A stretch of DNA of 63,651 nt, the filler included, from Atractiella rhizophila (taxonomy: Eukaryota), in NCBI GenBank assembly GCA_021432655.1. It is 7 parts of 7 records of this genome, joined end to end, with 100 filler letters (N's around TTAATTAATTAA, not from the genome) between each part and the next. Parts side by side here need not be neighbours in the genome. Positions count along the whole stretch, not along the records: positions 1 to 11,170 come from MU272048.1; positions 11,271 to 17,955 come from MU272049.1; 5 more parts are not named here. The stretch is one strand, 5' to 3'. Under the pieces are notes generated by a model, which worked only from the letters and a program-made list of their open reading frames with translations, was not told the origin of the DNA and made no database searches. Of the stretch, positions 1-12,165 are shown piece by piece. The first letter of the stretch is position 1; the number at the start of each line of letters is the position of its first letter. The translations under genes and the position numbers were made by a program.

Positions 1-1035
1 TTTCCCACTTCATTCGCTCTGAAGGCATCCAACATCCAATCATTCCTTCATCAGGCAACGGAGCACTCGCTTGCGCTTACACTTCTCGTGCACTTAGACT
101 ATCAAAGTGCACCGTCATCATTCCCTTCACCACTCCATCGTCCATCTCCTCCCGTCTACAACTTGTCGGATCCTCTGCAACCACAAATATTGAAGTGATA
201 CGACACGGAGCCAGTTGGGAGAGCAACGAGCTCGCGAAACGACTGGTTCAAGAAAGGAGGGGAGGTGGAAAGGCAGTAGCATATGTGTCGCCTTTCGACC
301 ATGAGGTCATCATGCAGGGGAATGCGAGTATGGTGCGAGAGATCAAAGAGCAACTGGGGAAAGTAGGCTTGAAGCCTGATGGAATACTTCTCTCCGCAGG
401 AGGTGGTGGATTGCTTGGAGGTGTGCTTATGGGACTTGAAGAAGTAGGCTGGGGCCACGGTGCGCTACCATTCGTTATCCTCCTCTGCATGAGATTCACA
501 GCCGATTCGTTCAACCAAATGGACAGTACCAGTCGCTGCTGTCGAAACGAGCGGAGCCGCCTCTCTTCACGCCTCCCTCCTCGCCTCATACGCGGATCAC
601 AATGCGCCGACTCCACAACTCGTGTCATTGGAAGCAATAACTTCCATTGCCGGCTCGCTAGGCGCAAAGACAGTCTCGAAAGAATGCATAAGACGTTGTC
701 TTACTTACAAAGGAGGCGTAACGAGTGTGGTAATTGAAGACGCAAGGGTAGTGGACATGATTGAACGGTTTGCTAGTTCGTCTTCCTACCTTCTTGCTTT
801 CATCAACAAAATCGTCTATGCTTACAGGGATCGACAGATGACCATCAAATCCTCATTGAACCCGCCGTCGCAGCTCTAGCGCCTTTCTATGCAGATATGG
901 CGCCGGAACTGTTAAAGAAGATATTCAAGGACCTGCCCAGGGATAGAGCACCAGTGTTTGTGGTTATCGTTTGCGGAGGCAATCAAGTGTCGATGGCGAA
1001 GTTGATGGAGTGGAAGAGACAGTTTGAGGATGTGG
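1..1035 (+). CDS. L-serine/threonine dehydratase (PLP-dependent, fold type II), partial, spliced
   Basis: Exons translate to IPSSGNGALACAY, YVSPFDHEVIMQGNASMVREI, ILLSAGGGGLLGGV, VETSGAASL, TSIAGSLGA, DHQILIEPA. GT-AG introns near 460-525 and 776-837. Runs off the window start and into the 25-N gap. Confidence 0.85.
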
Positions 1036-1060
1036 NNNNNNNNNNNNNNNNNNNNNNNNN

Positions 1061-3224
1061 AGCCTCGGTGAAGGATACTTTCTGGGAAGAGGCGTCCTAT
1101 CCACGTCCTGCAAGCACGAGAGATCGATAGTTCGGTCGCAACAGCAGAGGTGCCTCTACGCGTGGATGCTGTAAGTAGTACGACCTAGATGGAGAGTTAG
1201 GCGCAGGGGTATAAAGCAGACCGTTCGGCGTTCCCGATGCAGACGGACAGGAGGAAAGAAAGGAGGGTACTTGCTTCTAAGGTGGCCGATATAAGTCGAA
1301 TCGCGGTTGTTGGGACGTAGCCATCGACAGCTGCTTCGGTTCGCCCAAACCCCTGGGTCGTCACTCTAACGGACAGAACACAGAGAGCCGAGCCCTCAAC
1401 GTGCCCGACAGTTAAACTCGGTGTAAGCCCCACTGTAGGTTCTTCGTGACTTCCGCTATCAGCGCTTAACGTACTTGCAAAGCTTCATGCACTTCCACGT
1501 CTACGTCCTGGCACTCTACCCAGTAACAATAGTAGCGAAGAGCCAACTATGTAAACCTCTGAAGTTCACCCTCCTTACCCTCGCTTTCCTCCTGCAACAC
1601 CCGACGTGCTCCGAATGTACCTCCGTTACTTAGTACTTCACAGTAGGCGCTGCTCCAGCGAGCACGTTTCATAAGAGGAACAACGCACTAACTACCGTCG
1701 TACGACTGAACGGGAACCAATCCGACATTTGTTGCGTAACGACACGGGTCTTTTGAAGGCAACGGAGTATGTCCTCTAACAATACCTTCTCTACTGCTTC
1801 AAGCCTGTCGTTAGTTCACGTAGCAGTGGCTGTTTTTTGTAGAACGTTAGTAGCCACCACGACCTTTACCCTTCAGATGACACCGGGCTGTTTAGAATGT
1901 ACGCTTTCTTCACTTTCTACGTAAGTGCTGTTAACGCCTACCACTCCTCCTTCTGAAAGCCAAGACCCGGGCTACGCTACGAAAGAGATGTAAAAGTAGT
2001 GAACGGTGTATACAAACGGCCGTCCAGAAGCGTTATCGGGGAGCTGGTCCACTTTCACTTGAACCACGACAACGAGCTATAAAAGTGGCAGTGTTCACAG
2101 AGGAATAGAACCTGTTAAAACTTTGGTGGCGTCTCGCACTGTGCCTCGTGGACGTCGGTAAGAAAGTTCGAGAAGAAAGACGTTTGTTATGTGACCCCAG
2201 GTAAGAGTAGCACCGTGTAGCCCCCGTAGCTTAGATAGCTCACTTGCACTGTCTACACCTTAAAGCTCTCGACTGTTAATCTCCGAATAGACTGCGACGG
2301 ACCGACCTGAACAAGTTCGTGGACATGTGCCCTTCTTTCTAAACATGCCTTGTCCACGAGTTCTGGTAGAAGCGATTCGACCTAGTAGTGTGAAACAGCT
2401 AGTTCGAGAAACAAGAAGCACGGTTGCGTCTCAGTTGCTTTGTATAAAGTTGAGACAATCTCCTCACCCTCCGTTTCTTCTGTTTCCACGATACCCTGTT
2501 CCTGTCGCTCCTCTGAGGTTGAGAACGTTGTAGCTAGAGAAAAAGCGAATCGAATGGAGAAGAGCTTTACGTAGTCCTGGATTCGTCCAAATATGAACGG
2601 CGAGACAGGACCTGTGGCCTACCCGAAAACCTGTTACTGTAACACCGTGAACGTCTTTTTAGGTCAGAAGGACTAAGTCCCGTCAGGATGCTCCAGTAGT
2701 GGAGTTAAAAGAGGCAGCCTGAGCGACTTTGACTGCTTCTGCCGGACTGTTTGAGTTGTGCTAACGCGCCTACGAACACCGGTTAAGCACTTGTACAGTT
2801 GATGAGTCAGAATGTACGGCTAGGATCAAAATTTTAGTAACATGGGAGGGAACTCGGACAATGACTCGCAGAGTACGTGTTTCGAGCCCTGTTATAGGTT
2901 CCTAAACTTCAAACTCCCGTTTGCCTATCCCGACAACACAAAGGCGTTGCTGGTAGGTTTAGAACTTATGCACGAAGACCGACCAAACCTCGTAGAAGTT
3001 CTGGGTTTGTTGGTACCAAATAAAGTACCCTCTTTATACCATGAAAGTCATAGTCGTCGTGGAAGATAGTTAGCTTAATGACGTAGCACGAGACAGGTAG
3101 TTTGTCAAATACTCAAATGGTCGCTTTAACTGACGGTTTAACTGATACCGATACCCTAAGCGTCAGGCCGTCTTCGTCCGTGGTGTCGTCCGTAACTTTG
3201 TAAACTTCCTACGCTTCCTCAACA
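1061..3224. CDS. Mirrored segment: C-terminal half of patatin domain + NB-ARC/STAND NTPase + start of helical (TPR-like) region of an NLR; readable only as the complement read left-to-right
   Basis: The complement of 1061 onward gives SEPLPMKDP...VWQAARATSACPPFFPP...ANNP...EAKRVWG...LVSLGSG. It contains a 53-nt GT..GCTGAC..AG intron (1670-1722), Walker A GGAGNGKST (1854-1880) and Walker B LLILDNFET (from 2100), with ~395 open codons after the intron. A few single-base indels (~1612, ~2910, ~3020). Confidence 0.9.
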
Positions 3225-3647
3225 AGCATCTTCAGGCGGGGGCGTGTGTCGCTGGATGATGGAGATCAAAGTCTCTTCGAGCTTCTTCGCCGAGAACAAG
3301 TACTCGCCAGTGGGGTCCGGGTCCTCTTCAACAAATCCGTCTCGCACGATCTCTTCGTACGCTGTAATGCACTGACGTACCGTCATCCCGAGCCTCCCGA
3401 GCATAAGTGCGATCCAACCGCCAGTAGAAGTCCCACAAATGAGATCGAAAACATCGCAAGGCCGAAGCTCTTCGTCTTCCGGGACTTTGAGAATATGTGC
3501 GGCTTGATGTATGATGCGTTCGAGCATGTAGGCTGCTGAGAAAGTACCGACGCCTCCACTGTCGATAGAAAGAATCCGTAGTCCGAGTGGGTTCGCTTTC
3601 TTGATCTCTTCAGGAACTTTGAATACCTTGACGGAATTCGAGGGCAT
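3225..3647 (-). CDS. N-terminal patatin-like phospholipase domain of a patatin-NB-ARC NLR (continues in the mirrored segment)
   Basis: LRILSIDSGGVG, RPCDVFDLICGTSTGGWIALMLGRLGM (GxSxG nucleophile). Ends HTPPPEDA and joins in frame to SEPLP from the complement of 1061. Confidence 0.9.
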
Positions 3648-6600
3648 GTAGGGCAAAATAACAGATTGTTTGATTGTAGTATTAATGAGGAAGAACAGCG
3701 ACTGGTATCGTGGTTAACGGTGAAAAGGAAGGAGCTGCCTGAGTCTGGTACAATCTAGTCAAACTTTTGTTAGCCTTGCTTCTGTGCGTTTCTTGGATAC
3801 AATAGAAATGAATCCAGCTTTGTTAAAATTCGAGAGAGCGATTGGTCGCAACTTCGCCAAACGCAGTGCTTTGCTACTCAGTTCGTTCCCTTGACCCGTC
3901 AAAACTGGCACTGTACCTTTCTCTGAACTGTGCATAGGAGTTCTTTCCCTTCGTAGAAGGAATTAAGTCCTGCTAAGTCTTTTTGGAACTCTGCCAGCGT
4001 ACGTGCGCTTTGGAAGCAGACGAAATCAAGAAAGCGAAATCGCAAGTGCTCCTTCTCTCTCTTTTGAAGAGCAGTTTCGAGACAACGGCAAAGCCACATC
4101 GCTATAATTTCTGTGCTTTTCCTGGGGCGAAACGAGGAAATACTCACATCCAAAAGAGAATTTATGAAATCACACTTCAGCTCTTTCCAGCCCAGAAGCT
4201 ATCGTCGCTCAATGTTATAATATCCCAAACAACTTGTTCCAATTTTTCGGACTTCTTGAGCTGCCTTGGACTTTCTCGATAAATTTCCAACTCTTTCGTC
4301 TCCATGTCTCCATCATCCACAACTGACCCTAACTCACTGAGACGCGTGACGCGTGAACCCTACTTCTTGATTCGCCTCGACTTCTTCTGCCTACGACGAA
4401 TCCTATGAGGAACTCCAGTTAGCCAACCCTACTCCGTCCCGCTGCCACTGCTCGTACCCGATTCCTCTCTGCTCCATCAGGCGACAGGATCGAGTCACCA
4501 GTACTTGCGGCTTGAGGCACTAATGCTAGCCAATCACATGGGTGGATAGCGATATTGGAGACTAAAGCAGACGACAAACGTCAAGGATAGCGGGTATATT
4601 TGGATCACATCCATCGATTTGTCGTTTCATCACCCTTTGGCAATTGAAAACACATCCAAAGGCCAAATTGATACCTGGAGGGACAGAGAGTTAATCAGCA
4701 CAATTTCGTCACATCCTAAGAAGAGTTGAACGCACCTGCGTCTGCGACCGAGCAGCACTCTTCACTTTCAAAATGCGACTGCCAATTGAACCACCTCTTG
4801 CTGCTCGTTTCAACCCCTTCCTGTCAAAGGCCCCTCTTCACCCATTTTCAAGCACACAACCCCTAACTGGTATTCGTGCTTTCTGATGGGCATCCTTGAA
4901 GGGAAAGGTAGTGTGCATTGATCCTGAACTCGGAGGCCAGTAGCAATTGATTTCGCTGATCAACGCGAACGCCTACATTGACGCAGTGCCATTCAGGGGA
5001 ATAGGACATACCTCCCGGCGGACGATCGAGGACGAAATGAAGGTAGGACGTCAATTCCTGTCGAGTGCAAAGGTTCTAGCGCAGCAAGTGCGGGCGTGCA
5101 TCCCGAGAAGCGAGATATGTGAGTAAGATATGAATCACGGAGGCTCAGTGTGCCTCCTAACTTCCAGAGATTATGATGACGGGAGAACCAGAGGGTTTGC
5201 ACACAACATCCGAAATCGTGTCTGTGAAATAACTTAAGCCCTGCTGCCTGATTACGATGCAGTCTCCTGTTCGAGGCAGAGGTCAGGAAATGTCCAATAC
5301 ATAAACCTGAGCAATGTTTCCTACCAGAGAAGGGCCCTGCATGCGAAGTCTTCCTCCTATCACGACGGCTGGTGCGGGTTTTGAGGGACTGAAGAGTGCC
5401 AGTTGCCGCGGTGAGACGATTAAGTGAAGGCAAAAAGGTCTATTACGTTCGAAAAGACCGCCGTGGCTTTGTCCTGCGGTGCAGCCATGGCGGAAGGGAA
5501 GCTGACATGTCGATTGAGCACCAGTCTGGACTGCGCGCAAAGGAAGAGCCGGAGCGGGGCACTATTATCGTCTTCTTAGCATAGGCGAGGTCTAATGGCC
5601 GATGTAGTTGTAAAAGAGCTTGACGGAAACGAAGGGTACTGTATCCAAATCGGCTATGTTCGCCGCCAACAAGGTAGTGACGACGCGTCCTCAATTTGAG
5701 CTGTGGTTAATCCCATGTCTCATCCACACAGGTCTCTACGGTTCCTATTGTTTCAGTAGTGGGAGCCAGACTGATTAGAGGTCATGGTGGTTCTCGTCGC
5801 AGTTATTGTGGAGTCCTGAAAGACTGGACGCGGTGTTTCCAGGTGTAGGTGTAAAGGTGCTGGAATACCTGCACTTCATAACGATCAGAGTTATCAGCGA
5901 ACGGCTCCAGGTTGCGGAGCAACTCAGTTTTGGACTAATTGGGCCACTGGCAATATGGCAATCGATATACTTTGTGAACCACTCGCCCTTCAAGGATGTC
6001 TGTAAACCACAACAGGTTGCAGGGGCTGCTAAAGGCGTTTAATGCAGAATCAACAGGGATGTAAAATGTGCTGTGGTTGCGTCTCATGTCAATACACTCG
6101 CACATGTTGAATGCCCAGAAAGACTGACTGCTGTGTTTCCAGAAGCAAGGAGCGAACCCTGGACAACACACACTTTGAAAGAGATCCAAAGTTGGCGGAA
6201 AAAACTCCCCAACTCAACCTCCACCGTCGATTTTACATTGTCCTGTGCTCAATCCCTCGCCCTCAGCACACCATCCTGTAGTAGAATTATTTGCCCCGCC
6301 TGCCCCTGTAATAGGTCAGAACTGGTCCAAATCCTCACAGCAAGGGGTGAGCGTTCTGCCCTGTCCCTTTATGTGTGGTCTTGCCTGTTGTCTTATGCGA
6401 GCTCTTGGGCCCTGCCTGGACGAAAGCATTCAATCCAGGCTCAGGCGCAAACAGGATCTCCGCACGCCAACCAACAGGCATATACCACAACATCTTGTTA
6501 TTATAAACCATTGCATTGCAAGGTCACTGGAGGAGCTGCTTGCAAAGACTACATTGAAGGAGAAGATATTTGAAACAATAAGGGGTAACATTTTATTACG

Positions 6601-7744
6601 CCCCACAATTAGTGAAGTGCATTTCTTCACACCTGCTCGATCATATCCAAAGAGAATAGACGAAACATGTCCCCAAAGGGACCTAAAATTTACTCACATC
6701 TGGCTTCTTCCCGGTCATCAATATATACCAACGTCAGCAGCGGCCCATAAGGACGGACTGACCACAGTGGTTCAACTGTTTGCGTGAATATGATATGTCA
6801 GCTACTGAGTGACATTCCTGAACACCTCAAACGTCCTTGTTTCAGAAGAACTGATCATATGCTGCTCATTACGGGGAATCATGGAAAATGTCTGTTACTC
6901 GAAAAATCTGCGACGGACTTGCCGCAAAATATACGAACACTCGAGCTGTTGCAAGCGCCCCAACTCCCCGTTACAAATTGCAAGACGGTGAAGCAATGTG
7001 TCTAGGATCGATTCTAGCCATAGACACAATTGGACTATCTTTCGCCCACCGCTGAACGGATGCCAACTACGAACCATCCGAGGAACACACCCCTCAAAGG
7101 TCAAAGGAACCATTGTTCTCCAGCGCTCCTTCCGTCTCAACATTATTGAGCTACTGGTCCGTTTCTTTGTTCTTTGAGGTTTGGCGAAACCGCGAGAGCA
7201 GCGCACGCATGATGTAGAAAATATAAAAGCTCTCGATCCTGGCTGCTTCAGGACCAAGCATTTTTCCGGTCAGAAAAGGGTACTCAACAGTCCAAAAGAA
7301 AAAGTGCAATTCTCTGCAATTTTCTACAGCCTCATGGCATTTTCCTTGATATCCTGCGGTTCATCTGCCCCGGCAGTTGGTAGTGCTGGTCCTATCCTGG
7401 TTTCCGAAGAGGAGTTTCTGCTTCCATCGACCCATTCAGAACTGATAGCCAAGCCAAGTTTTGGACTAATTGGGCCACTGGAAACTTGACCATTGACACT
7501 GCTTGTAAGTCAAACTTCGACTGCCTCAACGTTGGCTGAAATATCTCCACAGGTTGCGGAGCGTGTTCCGTGGTAAGCATTTTCATAATCTGAATTGCGA
7601 ACACCAAAACGATCTCGACAGAGTTATGGTAAATGCTGCTCTTGCTTTACCTGCCAATGCACCGGAACTTGTTAAGAAATCTCGGGAAATCCTTCTTTCT
7701 AAATTCCAGATTTAGCGCGTCTTGTGTTCTTTCATTGGAATCCT

Positions 7745-9564
7745 TTAATGTACAACGATGGCTAGATTTCTTGCCTCCTGATCAAGCAGATTCCACAATT
7801 CCAGCCTAAGCTCCTTGCCCGCATTCTCGTCTACAGCCAGTCGCTCTTGCAACAGCAAAGCAAGCCCGGTATATCTCTCCAACACAATAAAGCTCTCCAA
7901 CACTGGTCCGAGAAGACATCTGAGTTTCCAAAAGAACATAAACGTCTTCTCGAATCCTTCCCACTCTCCTTGAGCTTCAAGTCGTGCAACATCATTCTCG
8001 TTGAGATGCATCTTCTTCAACGCTTTTGAGCGAAAGGTCTCGTATGAAAGAAAACAAGAGTCCGCCAGTCTACCGACCCTGTTCTCAGAAGGAGAAGGAC
8101 CTTGAGATGCGTCGAGCTCTACTTGTAGACGTGCTCGATAGACAAGTTTGCGCATAGATAGTTCGGCGGATTCCCAGGATGACGCTGAAGACGACCACAG
8201 GATGGAGATTGAGTAGCGAGAACAAGGTGGTTGTGAGTGAAAGTAGGAGAAACATTGCACGTATGAAATGGGAAGTCTTGGAAAAGAAATATGAGACTAT
8301 TCTACAACAGATTGACCGGAGAGAAACCCACTGGAAGAGGAAGTAAGATTGTAGCAACACCCAATCGCGATCAAGACATCTCGACATTCTGCACTCCCAG
8401 AGCTAACGAAAGCGCGCAACGTGTCGATAGTAAGATCTCCACAGGCGTGCAAAGCACAAACTAGCCTTCCCTCTTCCTTCTCCGCACGTCGTTCCTGCAG
8501 AATTTTCCTGATACCGTTCTCATCCAACACTTCCCTTTTCAACGTCAACATCCCTCTTTTATGTTCCTCTTCCTCCTTTTTCTTATATTTTAAACGGTTT
8601 GAAACCAACTTCTCTGCTCCAGTGACTTGAGAGGAGCTGCCCTCGTTCCCACAAACATCACGAAGCAGTGGCTCTCTGGTCAACGCAGCGGAAAGGTGTG
8701 CTCGTCCGGCTCCAATATCAATTGCGCTCTTAATCTGTGGTTCATTGGACAGGAGCGTTTGGGCAAGTGCGATGAAGCGATCGACCTCATGCGCTTTCTT
8801 CGGAGACATGCCATGAGACAATCCGGTAGGAAACGTTTGCAGATGCTAGAGATGGCGTGTGAAGATGAAGCCGCTCTAATTCCTTTGCAATCGATTTCCC
8901 AGCTGAGAAGGGGTTTGCCGCTTGGCTTCCGAGGAAGAGAGAATTCACGACGACGGTTTCAGTGAAACGGGAGCGTCTGGCTAGGCGGCATTTCAGCCAA
9001 TATCTCTTGAAATGAAGATTAAGATTGCAAATAAATGTATGTGACAAGTTGAGAAGGGAATCTCCGGGAGCAGGGAAAGCCAATTCCTACATGCCCATTG
9101 ACGTTGTAGGGTTGGGACAAAGCCACCGCGTTGAATATTGGTCTAAGCCATTTAATAGCGAGTAGGAGAATGTCCAAGACGGTGCTCTGCCATTGGTAAA
9201 TAGACCCAAAATATCATCAAAGCGATTCGAGATGACAGGGATGTCCAATGAAGTACGACTTCTCTCAATTTCTTCTCAAGAGAGGAAACACACCTTCACC
9301 ACCCCCTTGACTCAGATTTTTGAACGTGGATTCCACAACACTCCTTGCGAGAATTCCGTCGTACCATCCCTCCCATTCGCTTGGGACCATTTCTGCTGCT
9401 TTGTTCACATCGAAAGTACCTGGATTGATAGGGGACTGTCTGGAAAAAGAATTGCTGGATGAGGAGCAGAGCCGAGTGATGGTGGAATCGTGAAGGAAAC
9501 TCGAGGTTTCTGCAAGTGAAAAGGCAGCGGTGGGAACATTATCGACATTCTCCGACGAGGTCAA
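7745..9564 (-). CDS. METTL25/RRNAD1-like SAM-dependent methyltransferase (Methyltransf_32), with frameshifts; 5' end uncertain
   Basis: MSPKKAHEV, AIDIGAGRAHLS, ALHACGDL, IGCCYN and the C-terminal LRCLLGPVLESFIVLER...RNLAIV occur in different frames. A probable N-terminal exon (VPSEWEGWY) lies at 9265-9564. Confidence 0.75.
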
Positions 9565-9699
9565 ATTGAAACTTGAACAAAAGATCCTAGCTGCAGTGCT
9601 GAGTCATGCCCTCTGCCCTGAACACGGTTCTTTGCTTCGCTCCATTTCCTCCGTTCCAACTCGGCGAGACGTTGCGGCATCGACCACTGCATCCGCTCA

Positions 9700-10740
9700 C
9701 GACCCAACGTATCCAAACATCGAAACACTCCTTCCTCCGACAAACGGTCTTGCCTGCGCCTCCAACCCGTGCACTCAGCCATTCGAGCACCATCGTTCCC
9801 GTCACCACTCCATCGTCCATCTCCTCCCGTCTTCAACTTGTCGGACTCCAATCACGACCGTCGACTTGAACGACACGTAGCCAGTTAGGATGCGAGCAAC
9901 AAACTGCTAAAACGACTGGTTGAAGAAAGGACGGATGTGGAGGGAGAGGGAGCGGCGTATGTGTCGCCTTTCGACCACGAGGTTATCGCACAGGGAAATA
10001 CCAGTCTGGTGGGGGAAATCAAAGACCAAATGGGAAAATGGGCTTCAAGCCGGATGGAATACTTGTCTCTGCTAGAGGTGGTTCATTGCTTGGAGGTGTG
10101 TTGATGGGACATGAAGCAGTACGCTGGGATCACGGTGCGCTTGCACTCCTTATTCTACTCAGTGCAAAGATCTACGACTGATAGATTCAACAAGATGGAA
10201 CAGTACCAGTCGCTGCTATCGAAGTGATCGGAGCGGCATCGCTCCACACATCCCTCTTTGCCTCATACACGGACCACAGTGCGCCGACTCCAAAACTCGC
10301 GTCATTGGAAGCAAGAACCTTCGTCGGCTCGGTAGGACCCAAAGACAGTCCCGAAAGAATGTATAAGGCGTTGCCTTACTCCCAAAGGAGGCGTAACGAG
10401 TGTGATAGTTGAAGACTTAAGGGTAGTGGACATGATTGAACGCTTTGCTGGTTCGTCTTCCTACCTGCTTGCTTTCATCAACAAAATCGTCTGGGGCTTA
10501 TAGGGATCGATAGAGACCATCAAATCCTCGTCAAACCTGCCGTCGTAGGTCTTGCACCTTTCTATGCAGATGGAGCGCCGGAGCACTTGAAGAAGATATT
10601 CAAGGGATCTGCCGAAGGACAGAGCAGCCGTGTTTGACGTTTTTGTTTGTGGAGGTAGTCAGGTGTCAATGGCGAAATTGATGGAGTGGAAACCACGGTT
10701 TGAGGACGTGCCGTTGGGGGATATTAAGGTCTTTGTTAAC
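9700..10740 (+). pseudogene. Degenerate second copy of the serine dehydratase gene
   Basis: Colinear nucleotide similarity to 1-1035, including intron positions. TGG>TAG at 9886-9888, frameshifting indels (e.g. near 10038), and the GGGG loop altered to RGGS. Confidence 0.75.
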
Positions 10741-11270
10741 TGGATCTGTGACGGTGGCATTTCGTTTCCACAAACCTGATCTCAACAAAATCTGGCTTAA
10801 CGGTATCGTTGTATCTCATTTGGACTTCCAGATACCAACGGATCCTGTTGATATGTCAAGGCACAAATGACACATCCTCCATTCAAGACTTTATGACAGC
10901 TGACAGCATTGCTTTGATGAAGAGTTACATCCTGCAATAGGAGGTCAGCTTGCACAAAGCAGTAGCGTCAGGGCACTACCTGAATCATTTTGACGCGTAG
11001 TCGTTGATCTCTCCGCTTCATCGATTTTCTGAAGCAGATTGTCGCAATTATGGACGTCGGAAGTGGCAAAACAATCCGAGTAAAGCTGACGGGCGCGACT
11101 AACTTCCTCTCGCGCGACGAGGTATTGGGACGTTCGGAAGAGGAGTTGGGCCAGGTTCTTTCTACTCCGANNNNNNNNNNNNNNNNNNNNNNNNNNNNNN
11201 NNNNNNNNNNNNNNTTAATTAATTAANNNNNNNNNNNNNNNNNNNNNNNNNNNNNNNNNNNNNNNNNNNN

Positions 11271-11818
11271 ATGATCCAGGTCTTGGAAGAGGAACCGCCA
11301 CCTTTACCGCCATTACCCTCACCATCCTGCGGTACAGGAGTCCCGGGAACACCCGTGGAGAAGGTAGAGCCATTTTCAGTCACGACGACTGTGACTACTG
11401 GAGTAGAGAAAGAGGTAGTTTTCTCCTTCGTCTTCGTGCTTGTGTCTGTAGACGAGGAAGTAGTCGAGCTGCTGGAAGAGCTCGTTGTACTGGTGCTAGT
11501 ATCGGAAGAGGTGGTCGAACTGGTGCTGCTGCTTGACGTAGATGACGAAGTCGACGTGCCTGTGGTGGTGTCACCTCCCGGAAGGACTCCGCCTCCATTG
11601 TCTCCACCACCAGTTGGGTCTGTAGGAGCTTGCCTCGCCACGAGTTCCCTCCAATCTCTCCTCTCGAATCGCCCATTCTCTCTCACATCCTCGTACCGCT
11701 CCTTCAACTCTGAGCGGGAAGAAGACGAACCAAAGTTCCTTCCCTGGACGAGGAGGAAAAGAAAGAGCGAAAGACCAATAAGATAGTGCCGTCGACGAAT
11801 AGCCATCGCGCGTGCCAT
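11271..11818 (-). CDS. Ser/Thr-rich secreted or single-pass membrane protein (Mid2-like), 3' truncated by linker
   Basis: Hydrophobic N-terminal segment YLIGLSLFLFLLVQG, a long S/T tract, ending SSSKTWI just before a presumed TM helix at the linker. Confidence 0.65.
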
Positions 11819-12165
11819 GTTCAAGAGAAAGTGCGGACTCGCTGGTGCTTTGGGCGTAAAGACAGACGTTTGATGAGGTTTTGATGAGGTCGGTTGGGAG
11901 GAGAAGAAAGGAAATGTTAAAGTACTCGGGGTTGCCTGCGAAATTGCGAGACTGTGCCCGGAGGGCGCTAATTACCTGTTCCAGAAGTACGCTCAATTAC
12001 CTCCACAGCACACGTGATAATGTTGCATTCAGCTGTTCCGTATATACTTCTGAAATACCTTGCAATAATATCTGTGGCCAGAGGTGTGACGCACTCGAGC
12101 ATGTATTTACACGTATTGTGGTTTAGAAACTGCAAGAAAAGCAAAAGGGCAGCGAGCAAAAGACG

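Noticed and set aside
1197..3069. Short ORFs listed in the track (1197-1433, 2327-2533, 2842-3069)
   Set aside because: They lie in the mirrored block, whose real coding frame is on the complement, so they are spurious.
4321..4590. Possible third mirrored segment (elevated TA)
   Set aside because: TA and AT counts are about equal, it is not adjacent to a gap, and no recognisable protein emerges in any mirrored frame.
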